Shown here: positions 33,533 to 42,021 of the stretch, in pieces
Position numbering within the stretch: position 1 is the stretch's first letter
How the letters are laid out: each line of letters begins with the position of its first letter
DNA from: a virus
Taxonomy: Duplodnaviria; Caudoviricetes
Virus record (IMG/VR): IMGVR_UViG_3300014613_000042
Coordinates: 1-42,021 of that record
DNA length: 42,021 nucleotides
Strand: one strand, 5' to 3'
Made by a program: the position numbers and the translations under genes
The notes under the pieces: model-generated
The model's input: only the letters and a program-made list of their open reading frames with translations
What the model was told of the DNA's origin: nothing
The model's database searches: none

Positions 33533-35380
33533 TCACTGTTTCGTGTCCGTGTCCCAAGGAACCAAACGGCCCCCGGCATACACAGGTTCGGCCTTCTTAG
33601 CCCAACGTCTCATGGCCGTCGGGGTTGCTCGAGGAGGGACGTCGGGCGTCCACTTGGCCATGGCTTCGATCATGACCTCGGCCAACTCGGCCCCGGCCTC
33701 GTGACACTCCCCCTCGGGTCCTTCTAGAACGATCTCGTCGTGGATGAAGATCACGGGACGCCAGCCGTACAGGGCCGAGTTCGGCTCCGTGTAGCAGCGT
33801 CGGCATACCTCCCACAGCGCGGCTTTTGATGCGTCCGAGGCCGGGCCCTGAAACGTCGTGTTGGCCCCGTCGCAGTAGCCACAGCTTCCCCTGATCCGCC
33901 CCGACCTCGGCAGCACAATCCGACCCGTCGTAGAAACGACCGTGTCCACCCACTGGAAAAACGGCCCCTGTTCCGTCCACCTGGCCCGCCAAGCGTCCCG
34001 GACCTGTTCGGCGAAGGCGTAGGACCAGTCCACGCCATAGCCCTTGGCGAAACCCTGGAGGCCTTCGACACCCATTCCCCCGGGCAGTCCGAAATTCCCG
34101 ATTTTCGCGGCCTGCCTTGCGTCCTTGTCGTTGCCCAACCCGGCCGCCACAGCCATGTCCATATGAGGATCAAAATCGGGGTTTTGCTGGTACGCCTGGG
34201 CCAGGCTCGAGTAGCCCACGAGGTCCACACAGGACTGCGCCCACGTCCGCATCTCCTGGGAATCGTAGTCGCACGCCACGAACACGTTACCAGGCCGCGG
34301 CACAAAGCATTCCCGGACGCCCGGGGCCCTGGGCGGATTCTGCATGTTCGGCCGGGAACAGGACGTCCGGCCCGTGGCTACCAGGACGTTGTAGTAGGCA
34401 TGGATCGGGAGATCGGTCCCGGCCCACAGCCCAGACACGTACGTCCCCAGGAGCTTCCCAAGGCCATCGTAGTCCGCCAGGGAGGACAGGAGGGGATCCC
34501 CCGAAGCCTCCAGGACCTCCCGGGACGTGGAGATCGCGCCCTTGGGCGTCGTGGGGGCCGGCGTGTGTTTGTTCCCGTAGCCCCGAACCACGGCCTCCCG
34601 GATCGCGGCCATGTCTTTGGATCCGTCTAATCGTAGCAGGCCCACCGCGTGGAGATCTGTCGCTACGTCCTGGCGTTTCTTGCGTAGCGTCCAGTCCAAC
34701 GACGTGATCGTCCGTCCGTCCGTCCGGATCCCCCACGCCGACATGAGCTTGAGCCCCAGGGCCGCCCTGGCTTGTCGTCCCTGTTCCGCGGCCCAGACGT
34801 CGTCCGTGTAGCCCACGGTTTGACGTCGGGACTCTTGGTCTTGGTAAAGCCTCCACGTCCACTCCGCGTCGTCCAAGGCATACCGTCGGGCCTCCTCGGG
34901 CCAGTCGGTCACAGGGACGCCCCGGAGCTCGTTGTAACGCAATCGCCAAGAATCCGAGCCTTTGTCCATCTCGTGGCCGAAACGACGCTTGATGATATCC
35001 CCCAGGTTGTAGCGGACCTTTGGCAGGTTCCCTGTTTTGGGGTTGGGCCTGGTCCCATAGCCTAAGTGTCCCTCGGCGTTGTCAATCAGCTTCTCGCGGA
35101 TCTCCGTGCACAGGATCCGACCCTCGCCGTACGCCTTCCACACGAGCGGGACGAGGTCGGGATACCACTGGAGGAGACACAGGGCGTCAAAGGCGACGTT
35201 GTGACCGACGAACGTGTAGCCCTCGTCCATGGCTCGGGAGACGACGACAGGGATCCCGGCCTCGTCCTCAAGTTGTGGGCCGTGGCCTCTAGACCACGAC
35301 ATACACACAGGCCGCGGGGCCTGGACGCCCGGCCGGATCGGGTCGGTCTCCAGGTCGAAGATCAGGACTGGCCGTGTCAA
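33533..35380 (-). CDS. Family A DNA polymerase with 3'-5' exonuclease domain
   Basis: Exo motifs FDLET, GHNVAFD, YALDDA; TGRTS, NMQNPPR; motif A DYDSQEMR; motif B RQAAKIGNFG; motif C IHDE. Confidence 0.95.
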   Translation of the reverse strand: MTRPVLIFDLETDPIRPGVQAPRPVCMSWSRGHGPQLEDEAGIPVVVSRAMDEGYTFVGHNVAFDALCLLQWYPDLVPLVWKAYGEGRILCTEIREKLIDNAEGHLGYGTRPNPKTGNLPKVRYNLGDIIKRRFGHEMDKGSDSWRLRYNELRGVPVTDWPEEARRYALDDAEWTWRLYQDQESRRQTVGYTDDVWAAEQGRQARAALGLKLMSAWGIRTDGRTITSLDWTLRKKRQDVATDLHAVGLLRLDGSKDMAAIREAVVRGYGNKHTPAPTTPKGAISTSREVLEASGDPLLSSLADYDGLGKLLGTYVSGLWAGTDLPIHAYYNVLVATGRTSCSRPNMQNPPRAPGVRECFVPRPGNVFVACDYDSQEMRTWAQSCVDLVGYSSLAQAYQQNPDFDPHMDMAVAAGLGNDKDARQAAKIGNFGLPGGMGVEGLQGFAKGYGVDWSYAFAEQVRDAWRARWTEQGPFFQWVDTVVSTTGRIVLPRSGRIRGSCGYCDGANTTFQGPASDASKAALWEVCRRCYTEPNSALYGWRPVIFIHDEIVLEGPEGECHEAGAELAEVMIEAMAKWTPDVPPRATPTAMRRWAKKAEPVYAGGRLVPWDTDTKQ

Positions 35381-35667
35381 AAGTCAATCTCCACACGATG
35401 GGCTTCGTGGCCTCGTTCGTGGAGCCAGTCTTTGAGACTTTCCCAACACGAAGGACACAGATCGTAGATCCACCGATCGCCGAAACTTGCCTCTGGGTAT
35501 GATTTGGAGTCTTCGTGTTCGATCGTAGTGGAGTGTTTGGTGTAGGGATCGTCCGCCCATGTAGCCCCATCGTATTCCGGACGATCACAAACAGCCCCAC
35601 AACCACAAACAATTTTGACAAGCCTGTTTGTCGCTGTGGTGCTTTTCTCTTGTTGGTGTTTTCGCAT
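35377..35667 (-). CDS. Hypothetical zinc-ribbon protein
   Basis: C.CG and DLCPSC; ATG 35667 behind GGGGAAGGGA. Confidence 0.65.
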   Translation of the reverse strand: MRKHQQEKSTTATNRLVKIVCGCGAVCDRPEYDGATWADDPYTKHSTTIEHEDSKSYPEASFGDRWIYDLCPSCWESLKDWLHERGHEAHRVEIDF

Positions 35668-35781
35668 GTGTCCCTTCCCCAAGGAGGACCCGCCCCGCGT
35701 CGCCTACGGGGCGTTCCCGGTGATCCTCCCCGGCTGTCCCCTAGGGCGACGGGACAACCAGAGGTCAGGCCGGCGCCTGGA

Positions 35782-36342
35782 CTAGGGCGTGAACGTCGTG
35801 TTCAGGCCGACGGCCGCGGCGAGGTCCGCAGCGTTCTTGCCCTCGATCTCCTGGGGCATGGAAAGCCAGTTTTTGTTGGTGACGGGCGTTCCCTTCTTGC
35901 TCGTCCCGTCCACGGCCTCGAGACGGAGGAGACGGCCGGCCAGGGGGTTCCCGGCGCCGATGCAGGCCTCCGCGATCTCCTGGGTGACCTCCTCGGGCGT
36001 GCATCCGAGGGACGCGGCCAGGAACGACTTGACGCGACCCAGGGCACCCAGGGCGGACATGGTCTCGATATAGGCCATCTTGGTTCCGGCGGGCCGTGCC
36101 TCCACCGTGGAATCCAGGATCCCCAATTCCGCGATGAACATTTGCCCCTTGCCCGAACGGCTCATGTGCGACTTGCACCCGTTGACGTGGATCACGTAGT
36201 TCCCCGCGATCGGGAACACAGACGAGGCGAACGACTCCGCGTGTTCGATCCCCGCGAACAGGCCACCCACGGTCATGGGGGCTTGGGTCTGGGGGGCGGG
36301 GGTTGCGGCTTGGTCGGTTTTCAACTTGTTCAGAAGGTCCAC
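35782..36342 (-). CDS. Putative single-stranded DNA-binding protein
   Basis: 186-aa beta-rich protein between helicase and polymerase; the call rests on position and general character only. Confidence 0.5.
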   Translation of the reverse strand: MDLLNKLKTDQAATPAPQTQAPMTVGGLFAGIEHAESFASSVFPIAGNYVIHVNGCKSHMSRSGKGQMFIAELGILDSTVEARPAGTKMAYIETMSALGALGRVKSFLAASLGCTPEEVTQEIAEACIGAGNPLAGRLLRLEAVDGTSKKGTPVTNKNWLSMPQEIEGKNAADLAAAVGLNTTFTP

Positions 36343-36381
36343 TTTGTAGTCTCCGTTTTCGTTCTTCGTTCCGTTGTCGTT

Positions 36382-38076
36382 TCACACGTCCCCGACCACC
36401 GGGAACGCGATATCACAATACGTCAGTTTTTGACGGTTGCCAACAGTTTCTTGAATGTACCGGGCGTCCCTGCACGCCGTCCCAAATGCTTCTCTGAAAA
36501 CGTCCGTGTGCTGGGCCACGTGGAACACGACCTCGTCAGCCTCCTGGCCCGGCCTGTGGTGCCTACCCAGGAGCTGTTCCCACGTCCGCCCAGCTCCCGG
36601 AGGCGTGACGACGATCGCTCGTGAGAACTGTTGCAGGTTCCGTCCTTCGCCGTGGGCATTGATCGAGGCGACGCACGGGCCTTTGTGATCCTCGAGCCCT
36701 TCGGCCCCTCCGCCGAACCAGGGGACCTCCTCGGAACCCAGAGCCTCCCCAAAGGCCTTGAGGTCTGTCCAGACAATAGCCCCAAACTCCACGGCTTTTT
36801 CCCACACGGCCCACGGGATCGTATTGTCGTGCCACACGGGGACCACGTCGTAGGTGTAGCCCGTGTGTTCCTGGACGAGTTTCCAGTTCTCCCATGCTCC
36901 CCAGCCCGCGGGGTCCGGGCCTTCCGTACCAGAGGCCTCCTCGGCCACCTGGCCAGCCGTGTCCAGACCAAATCTGTTCGTCGCGAGCCTGTGGCGGACC
37001 CACGCCCCCCACACCCGTCTGGCCTCCAGCCATTCCCTGGGAGGCTCCGGCTCCCACCGGTAATGGAAGCCCAGGGACAGACACCGGGCAACCTGCCACA
37101 CGTCGGAAGGCGAGTCCAAGGGGATCCCGTCGGGCGTCTCCCACGAGTCCCTGAGTCGATCCAGGTAGCCCTTGCATACGGCGGGGAGCTGGAGGCCCAG
37201 GTCCTCGAGTCGGAGGGACGCACGGACGAGGGACGGCCCCGAGGACGCCACGACGCCGGGCGTCTCGGTCAGGCGACGGCGGAAGGCGGATCGGACAGTT
37301 TTCTCCGTGGTCTCTTGCAGTGGTAAAGTCTTGTAGTTTTCGGGCCTGTCCTTCTCCGTTGCCACGAGGTCCACGAGCGGGCCAGGGTCCAGCCTGGCGA
37401 AGCTGTCCACGTCCGGGTCCAGGGCGTCCGCCCACTCCTGAGCCTCCCGCCACGAATACGGAACCGGAGCCCCGAACCGGAGGGCCCAGATCAACAGGTG
37501 CCAGTAGTCCCGCATGGACCTCTTGAGGACCGAGGCCGAGAGACCCACGAACGCCGGTTCGTGTTCTTGCATGTACCGCTTGACCCGGCGTGTCCGGCCG
37601 GACTTCAGGTTCCCCAGGGCGTGGACCTCGTCGGCCACGATCAGGTCCGGGGCCATGTCCTCCAGGAAACCGGGTTGAGTGGAGATCTTGTTGTAGGACG
37701 CCACCCGGATATCCGAACGGATCTTCCAGTGTCGCTTTAGTTCCTCCCCCTCCTTCAGCGTCTTTTGGACAAGGGCGGCCTTGGTCAGGAGCAACGGCCG
37801 TTCACACGGGATCAGGGACGGGGCCAGGAGGGACACGAGGGTCTTGCCTTCGCCCACTTCGATCGGCCCGAACAAGCCCCGGTGATCGTGACAGTCTCGG
37901 AGGGCCGCGGCCTGGATCGGGCGCAGGGTCTGGGTTCCCTCGGGCGTTCGTAGGTAGTCCGTGAGAAGGGGGACGAGCTCGTCCACGCCGTCCATGGGAT
38001 CCCGCCGTGGCAAATCCCGGATCCGTTGGAGGTCCGGGGTTGCGGCGACGGCCCGACGTTTGCCGAAGGGGTTCAT
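36382..38076 (-). CDS. SF2 (SNF2-like) DNA helicase
   Basis: LRPIQ, VGEGKT, ADEVH, GLSAS, EGRNLQ and EQLLGRHHRPGQ; ATG 38076 behind GGAGG. Confidence 0.9.
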   Translation of the reverse strand: MNPFGKRRAVAATPDLQRIRDLPRRDPMDGVDELVPLLTDYLRTPEGTQTLRPIQAAALRDCHDHRGLFGPIEVGEGKTLVSLLAPSLIPCERPLLLTKAALVQKTLKEGEELKRHWKIRSDIRVASYNKISTQPGFLEDMAPDLIVADEVHALGNLKSGRTRRVKRYMQEHEPAFVGLSASVLKRSMRDYWHLLIWALRFGAPVPYSWREAQEWADALDPDVDSFARLDPGPLVDLVATEKDRPENYKTLPLQETTEKTVRSAFRRRLTETPGVVASSGPSLVRASLRLEDLGLQLPAVCKGYLDRLRDSWETPDGIPLDSPSDVWQVARCLSLGFHYRWEPEPPREWLEARRVWGAWVRHRLATNRFGLDTAGQVAEEASGTEGPDPAGWGAWENWKLVQEHTGYTYDVVPVWHDNTIPWAVWEKAVEFGAIVWTDLKAFGEALGSEEVPWFGGGAEGLEDHKGPCVASINAHGEGRNLQQFSRAIVVTPPGAGRTWEQLLGRHHRPGQEADEVVFHVAQHTDVFREAFGTACRDARYIQETVGNRQKLTYCDIAFPVVGDV

Positions 38077-38393
38077 TCGTCCTCCGTATAGCAGAAGGGA
38101 GACGATCCACGCATGTATTCCAGGAACGCCAGATCTTGAGCCTCCCGGATCCGGCCCATGATCTGTTCCTCTTTGCGTCGGAGGACGGACACGAGCCGGA
38201 GGCCACGGAGACGGCGGAACAACGACAGTTGCCGGTAGCCTTCCCAGACAGGGATCCCCCAACGGGCCCGACGTCGAAGGGCTGTCTGGGCCGTCCGTTC
38301 TTCGAAGTGATCGATCGGAGGCTCGGGGCCCAGCTTGAGTAGTTCGCCCGAGGAGATCGAGTAGGTCGACACGCCGTAGCGGACAGGTTTCAC
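38073..38393 (-). CDS. Hypothetical protein (106 aa)
   Basis: GTG 38393 overlaps the upstream TAG; ATGA overlap with the helicase. Confidence 0.6.
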   Translation of the reverse strand: MKPVRYGVSTYSISSGELLKLGPEPPIDHFEERTAQTALRRRARWGIPVWEGYRQLSLFRRLRGLRLVSVLRRKEEQIMGRIREAQDLAFLEYMRGSSPFCYTEDE

Positions 38394-38878
38394 TATTCCC
38401 CCTTGAACAGACGGGCCGCGGCCACGACTTGGTCCAGACACTCGGCCAAGCCTTGGGGATCCATCGGGACGTCACAATGGTAGAACGCGTCCTTGGCCCA
38501 GGCCTCCCAAGCCTCGGACCACGCCGCGTCCCGCGCGTCTTGGGCTCGTTCCAGATCGAAACAGACAGAGCCCTCCGGGTACACGGCGCCCTCCTCCATG
38601 TCCTCGAGCAAGGAGAACGCGGCCCGGCGGGACACAGGGCCATGGATCGTGCCCGAGGGGAAATCCTTGATCGAACCTTTGGCCTGGGCAATGGTGTGGA
38701 ACGGCCCGCGAACCGAATAACCGCCGATCATTCGACCCACGGCGACGTAAATAGGATCGTCGTCGTCCCATTCCGTACCGGGTTTCAACGCCTTGTGAAG
38801 AGCCTTCTCCACATCTTCGGACTCGCGTTGGAGGGCATCTCGAACGATCTTCTCCATGATCTTGGTGGCCTTGTTCAC
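38393..38878 (-). CDS. Hypothetical protein (161 aa)
   Basis: GTG 38878 in a GTGA overlap with the nuclease stop. Confidence 0.65.
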   Translation of the reverse strand: MNKATKIMEKIVRDALQRESEDVEKALHKALKPGTEWDDDDPIYVAVGRMIGGYSVRGPFHTIAQAKGSIKDFPSGTIHGPVSRRAAFSLLEDMEEGAVYPEGSVCFDLERAQDARDAAWSEAWEAWAKDAFYHCDVPMDPQGLAECLDQVVAAARLFKGE

Positions 38879-40578
38879 GACACACCCCGAATCACGAGGG
38901 AGGCGCGGGACTCGAGCGTCGACAGGCACGCCCGACCCTCGGCCGAACGGGCGTCCACGCAGATCGTCCGCTCGCCCGGGTTGTCGTCCAGCCACAGGCC
39001 CAGGGCCTGGGCGAGGACGTGGGGCCCCTTGCCGTACTCCATGAGGCTCCAGGCCACGCCGGCCGCCTTGTAGATCTCGTCCAGGATCCCCGACTCCACG
39101 AGGAGGGACGGGAGGTCCTGGAGTTTGGGCAGGCCCGAGGCCTTGGCCGTGGGCAGGCACCCGACGAGGACCACGAGCGTCCCCACGTAGGGCGTGATCG
39201 TCACGGTCTCGCCCTCCTCGGCCGCGGCGTCCGCCGTCCCGATCGGCATGGGGTCCGGGACGCTGGCGATCTGGGTCGGCTCCACGGCCTGGATTTCCTC
39301 AGCCGTCGGGGCCTCCGTCACGCCGGACTTGTGGAGCTCCGCGAGCTGGGCCGCGAGCCAGCCGTTGATCCGCTTGCGCTTGTCCTTGTCTGCCCAGGTG
39401 CGGAGGTAGCGGGGATCATCGATCCCTGCGATCAGGGCCTTGGTCTCCTTGTTGCTGCCCAACTTCCACGGGTCGGGCGGAAGCGGATTTCCCGCTGGTG
39501 GAGTAGCGCCTTCGGGCGGGTTGATTGGGGCCTGAACATAGGCCCCGACTCCCTCCACGGCCCCCCGTGCGGCGTTGGCCGCGGCCTCGGCAACCAATGG
39601 CGCCGCCCCGCCCTGCTGCGACGGGCAGTCTTTGTGCATGGCCGACAGGGCCAACGGGATTTTGCAGTCCGGACACATGCCCGGGGTCATGGCCAGGAGG
39701 GTCGTCGTCGTCGTCGTGCCGTTCGCCTTCGCTTTGAGTTCTTCCAAGAGTCCCACGCCTTGCTCCTTTTTCTCCTGGGCGAACGCGGACGCAAACGCCG
39801 ACATTTCACCCAGATCCGTACACAGGTCCTTGTAGGGACACCCGCCGTATGCGGAGCACCCCAAAACATCCGGCTCCACGTCCAGGACGTGATCGCCGTC
39901 GATCTTGTTGTAGTGGCCGGCCATGGTCTGGAGGTCAGCGACGAGCCGATCCCACTCGGGATCGCCCACCGAGACGTCCCGAACGTCCAGGTTCACCTCC
40001 ACCCGTTTGGCGTGGTCGAAGCGGCGGCCGGTTTTGTGCTCCGGGCACACGGCCCACAGGTAACGCACGTTGCACACGGCGCCCAACGCCCTGTCTATGG
40101 CCCACCGTCCGTAAATCAACGTCTGGACGTGTGACGCAGCGGCCTTCTCGCCTTTGACGTACCTGGACGATTTGGTGAACTTGTAGTCTGTCACGACCGG
40201 GAGCGTCCGGTCTCGCATGTCTAAGAGATCGATGTAGCCCAACAACGAGATCCCCTCCAGCTCGGGGACGACGACGTCCACGCCGTTCATGGGGGCCTGG
40301 GCGTTGATCGTGATCATCTGTTCCACGGTCACGTTCGGCGACCTCGGAGGGGGGATCCAGCCCGGACGGATCAGGCCCGACGCACAAACCCCTACGTCCG
40401 TCTGAGGTGGCGGGGTTCCGTTCCGCTCCCAATCCTCGAGGACCTTGTGGCCCGCCTTCCCAAACGCGGCCGCGGGGCTCCCTGGGTCGGGCCTCTTGCC
40501 GATGGACTTCCACGCCCACTTGCGCGGACAGTCTCGGAACGTGGTCACCTGGGACGCGGAAGCACGGAAGCTAGTCAT
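38875..40578 (-). CDS. PD-(D/E)XK (RecB/Cas4-like) exonuclease with long C-terminal extension
   Basis: SASQ...F.DCPRKW, G...HKVLE, GYIDL, DYKF, Q..IY and C.AYGGCPY...C Fe-S-type cysteines; ATG 40578. Confidence 0.9.
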   Translation of the reverse strand: MTSFRASASQVTTFRDCPRKWAWKSIGKRPDPGSPAAAFGKAGHKVLEDWERNGTPPPQTDVGVCASGLIRPGWIPPPRSPNVTVEQMITINAQAPMNGVDVVVPELEGISLLGYIDLLDMRDRTLPVVTDYKFTKSSRYVKGEKAAASHVQTLIYGRWAIDRALGAVCNVRYLWAVCPEHKTGRRFDHAKRVEVNLDVRDVSVGDPEWDRLVADLQTMAGHYNKIDGDHVLDVEPDVLGCSAYGGCPYKDLCTDLGEMSAFASAFAQEKKEQGVGLLEELKAKANGTTTTTTLLAMTPGMCPDCKIPLALSAMHKDCPSQQGGAAPLVAEAAANAARGAVEGVGAYVQAPINPPEGATPPAGNPLPPDPWKLGSNKETKALIAGIDDPRYLRTWADKDKRKRINGWLAAQLAELHKSGVTEAPTAEEIQAVEPTQIASVPDPMPIGTADAAAEEGETVTITPYVGTLVVLVGCLPTAKASGLPKLQDLPSLLVESGILDEIYKAAGVAWSLMEYGKGPHVLAQALGLWLDDNPGERTICVDARSAEGRACLSTLESRASLVIRGVS

Positions 40579-40792
40579 TGGACAGGGCCTTCCCTTTGTA
40601 TGTCGCCTCGACCCGTCGCCGCGTCGGGATCCCCTGATTGGAGAACCAGGCCCGGACGGCCTCGGCGGCCGAATAGCCCAACCGAAGGGCTTGTTTCTTG
40701 TCGGAGGCGTCCCGGACGTGGAGGTCCAGGCGGGCCTTGGACTGGCCTGTGTGTGGGTAGACGTCCACACGAACGTGGTAGTCGCCGATCAT
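40571..40792 (-). CDS. Hypothetical protein (73 aa)
   Basis: ATG 40792 in an ATGA overlap. Confidence 0.6.
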   Translation of the reverse strand: MIGDYHVRVDVYPHTGQSKARLDLHVRDASDKKQALRLGYSAAEAVRAWFSNQGIPTRRRVEATYKGKALSND

Positions 40793-41190
40793 AACGGGTT
40801 CTTGAGCAGGGCCCAAGCCTCCCGCCAAGCCGTCTTGGTGGCCTCGGCGTCGCCCTTGGCTGCATACTCGCCGGCCATATCGATCTGCTCACGGACGCTC
40901 GCGATCACGTCGTTGAACGCCTGACAAGCCTCGTCCAGCTTGGTCTCGCCCTCGGCGACGTCCGCTTTTAGATCGTCGATCTCGGCCTCGGCGTCCTTGA
41001 CTCTCTCTTCGACCTCGTCCTTTTCGGCATCCAACGCCTCGACGTCTTCGACGTTGGTGAACGGCCCGAAGCGGATCGATCCGTCCGCGTACGGGTCTCG
41101 GTTGACATGAACGTCCCGGCCGGCCGAGTCGTGGATCTCGACGTCCACGCCGTCCGGGCCTAGCTTCGCTGTGAAGTAGATTTGTTCCAT
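40789..41190 (-). CDS. Hypothetical acidic coiled-coil protein
   Basis: 133 aa, E/D-rich heptads; GGGGAAGGGA leader. Confidence 0.7.
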   Translation of the reverse strand: MEQIYFTAKLGPDGVDVEIHDSAGRDVHVNRDPYADGSIRFGPFTNVEDVEALDAEKDEVEERVKDAEAEIDDLKADVAEGETKLDEACQAFNDVIASVREQIDMAGEYAAKGDAEATKTAWREAWALLKNPL

Positions 41191-41222
41191 GGGTTCCCTT
41201 CCCCTTTGACAACAGATACGCG

Positions 41223-42021
41223 CTACGTTACGACACTCTTCGACGCTTCGTCAATCCTTTTTCTGGCGATCTCGACGTACTCCGGATCCCGTTCGATCCC
41301 CACGAACGAAAGGCCTTGCTTGACGGCCGCGATCCCCGTCGTCCCCGAGCCTACGAACGGATCCAAGACGATCCCGCCGGGCGGGGATATGTAGGACGTC
41401 CACCATTCACACAGCCGGAGGGGCGTCCCGGCCCCGTGTCCCGCGGCCCCGGCCGATTTGGAGCTATCGGCGTTCGAAAGGGGGATCAGGTTGAACGGCG
41501 TTACTCCTCCTCGTTCGTCTGCTACTGCGGCCATGCGGCCAGGGCGTTGGTGTTGTCCGCTGGGTTGATACACCAACGCCCGATCGCTCCGATCTTGTGC
41601 CGCGTTTGCTTCCGACTGGGCCCACAGAACAGCGTCTTGGTTTCGGTAGCACGCCGGATCCCCTGCCCAGACACACGCCTTGACGCTCGGTCTTGTAAGT
41701 CCATAGCGGCGTTGGCAATGGACCGTCGGGCACGTCGTAAAATTCCACCACCAAACGTCCTGGACCATGTTCCAATCTCGAGCGATCCACGCCATGTATT
41801 CCCACAGCCAAGGACGGACCCGGCCCACCTTCTCCGAATTCGGAGCGAGAACGAACACGGCCGATCCCGTCGGTTTGAGGATCCGTCGGATCTCCCCGAC
41901 CAAAGGACGCATGAGATCCCACCATTCGGTCTCGGTCCATCGGCCGTAGGGGCGATCGATCTCAGGGTACGGCGGATCCGTTACGACGGCGTCCACCCAC
42001 CCGTCCGGCAAACCCCGCAAC
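41223..42021 (-). CDS. N4-cytosine/N6-adenine DNA methyltransferase, beta class (5' end at 33..1)
   Basis: DAVVTDPPY, RILKPTGS and VLDPFVGSGTTGIAA...GIERDPEY. Confidence 0.92.
   Translation of the reverse strand, partial: LRGLPDGWVDAVVTDPPYPEIDRPYGRWTETEWWDLMRPLVGEIRRILKPTGSAVFVLAPNSEKVGRVRPWLWEYMAWIARDWNMVQDVWWWNFTTCPTVHCQRRYGLTRPSVKACVWAGDPACYRNQDAVLWAQSEANAAQDRSDRALVYQPSGQHQRPGRMAAVADERGGVTPFNLIPLSNADSSKSAGAAGHGAGTPLRLCEWWTSYISPPGGIVLDPFVGSGTTGIAAVKQGLSFVGIERDPEYVEIARKRIDEASKSVVT

Noticed and set aside
33533-35380. DpoZ / 2-aminoadenine (Z-genome) system suggested by the atypical polymerase
   Set aside because: No PurZ, DatZ or MazZ-like gene is recognisable, and no nucleotide-modification pathway was seen.
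38875-40578. Cas4 as evidence of a CRISPR-Cas locus
   Set aside because: Stand-alone Cas4/RecB-like nucleases are common in phage replication modules, and no array or other cas genes are present.
36382-40770. Long N-terminal extensions of the helicase (to 38691), the 38393 ORF (to 39160) and the nuclease (to 40770)
   Set aside because: They overlap neighbouring genes in other frames; coupled or SD-supported starts exist at 38076, 38878 and 40578.

Overview
The window is an essentially complete, high-GC, ~42 kb tailed-phage genome with a siphovirus-type layout. Its two ends join inside one DNA methyltransferase gene, apart from a few missing bases. A divergent control region at ~2415-2769 carries repeated TGGATCC motifs and separates two gene arms. 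The rightward arm encodes a degenerate Vsr-like protein, terminase, a head morphogenesis protein, portal, protease/scaffold, capsid, a 933-aa signal-peptide protein, neck and tail genes, a lysis cassette and a metallophosphoesterase. The leftward arm encodes a primase-NTPase, three DNA methyltransferases, a PD-(D/E)XK nuclease, an SF2 helicase, a probable SSB, a family-A DNA polymerase, a block of small accessory genes and a RuvC-like resolvase. I recognised no integrase, repressor, tRNA or CRISPR array. The most notable signal is in the lysis cassette. A holin-like membrane protein with a canonical EF-hand loop ends at a G_GGC_CCT slippery heptamer followed by a hairpin. A -1 frameshift there would add an unannotated four-strand, Trp-terminated domain resembling an outer-membrane beta-anchor, a possible spanin substitute. 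All product calls come from motif recognition and synteny by eye; no searches were run.
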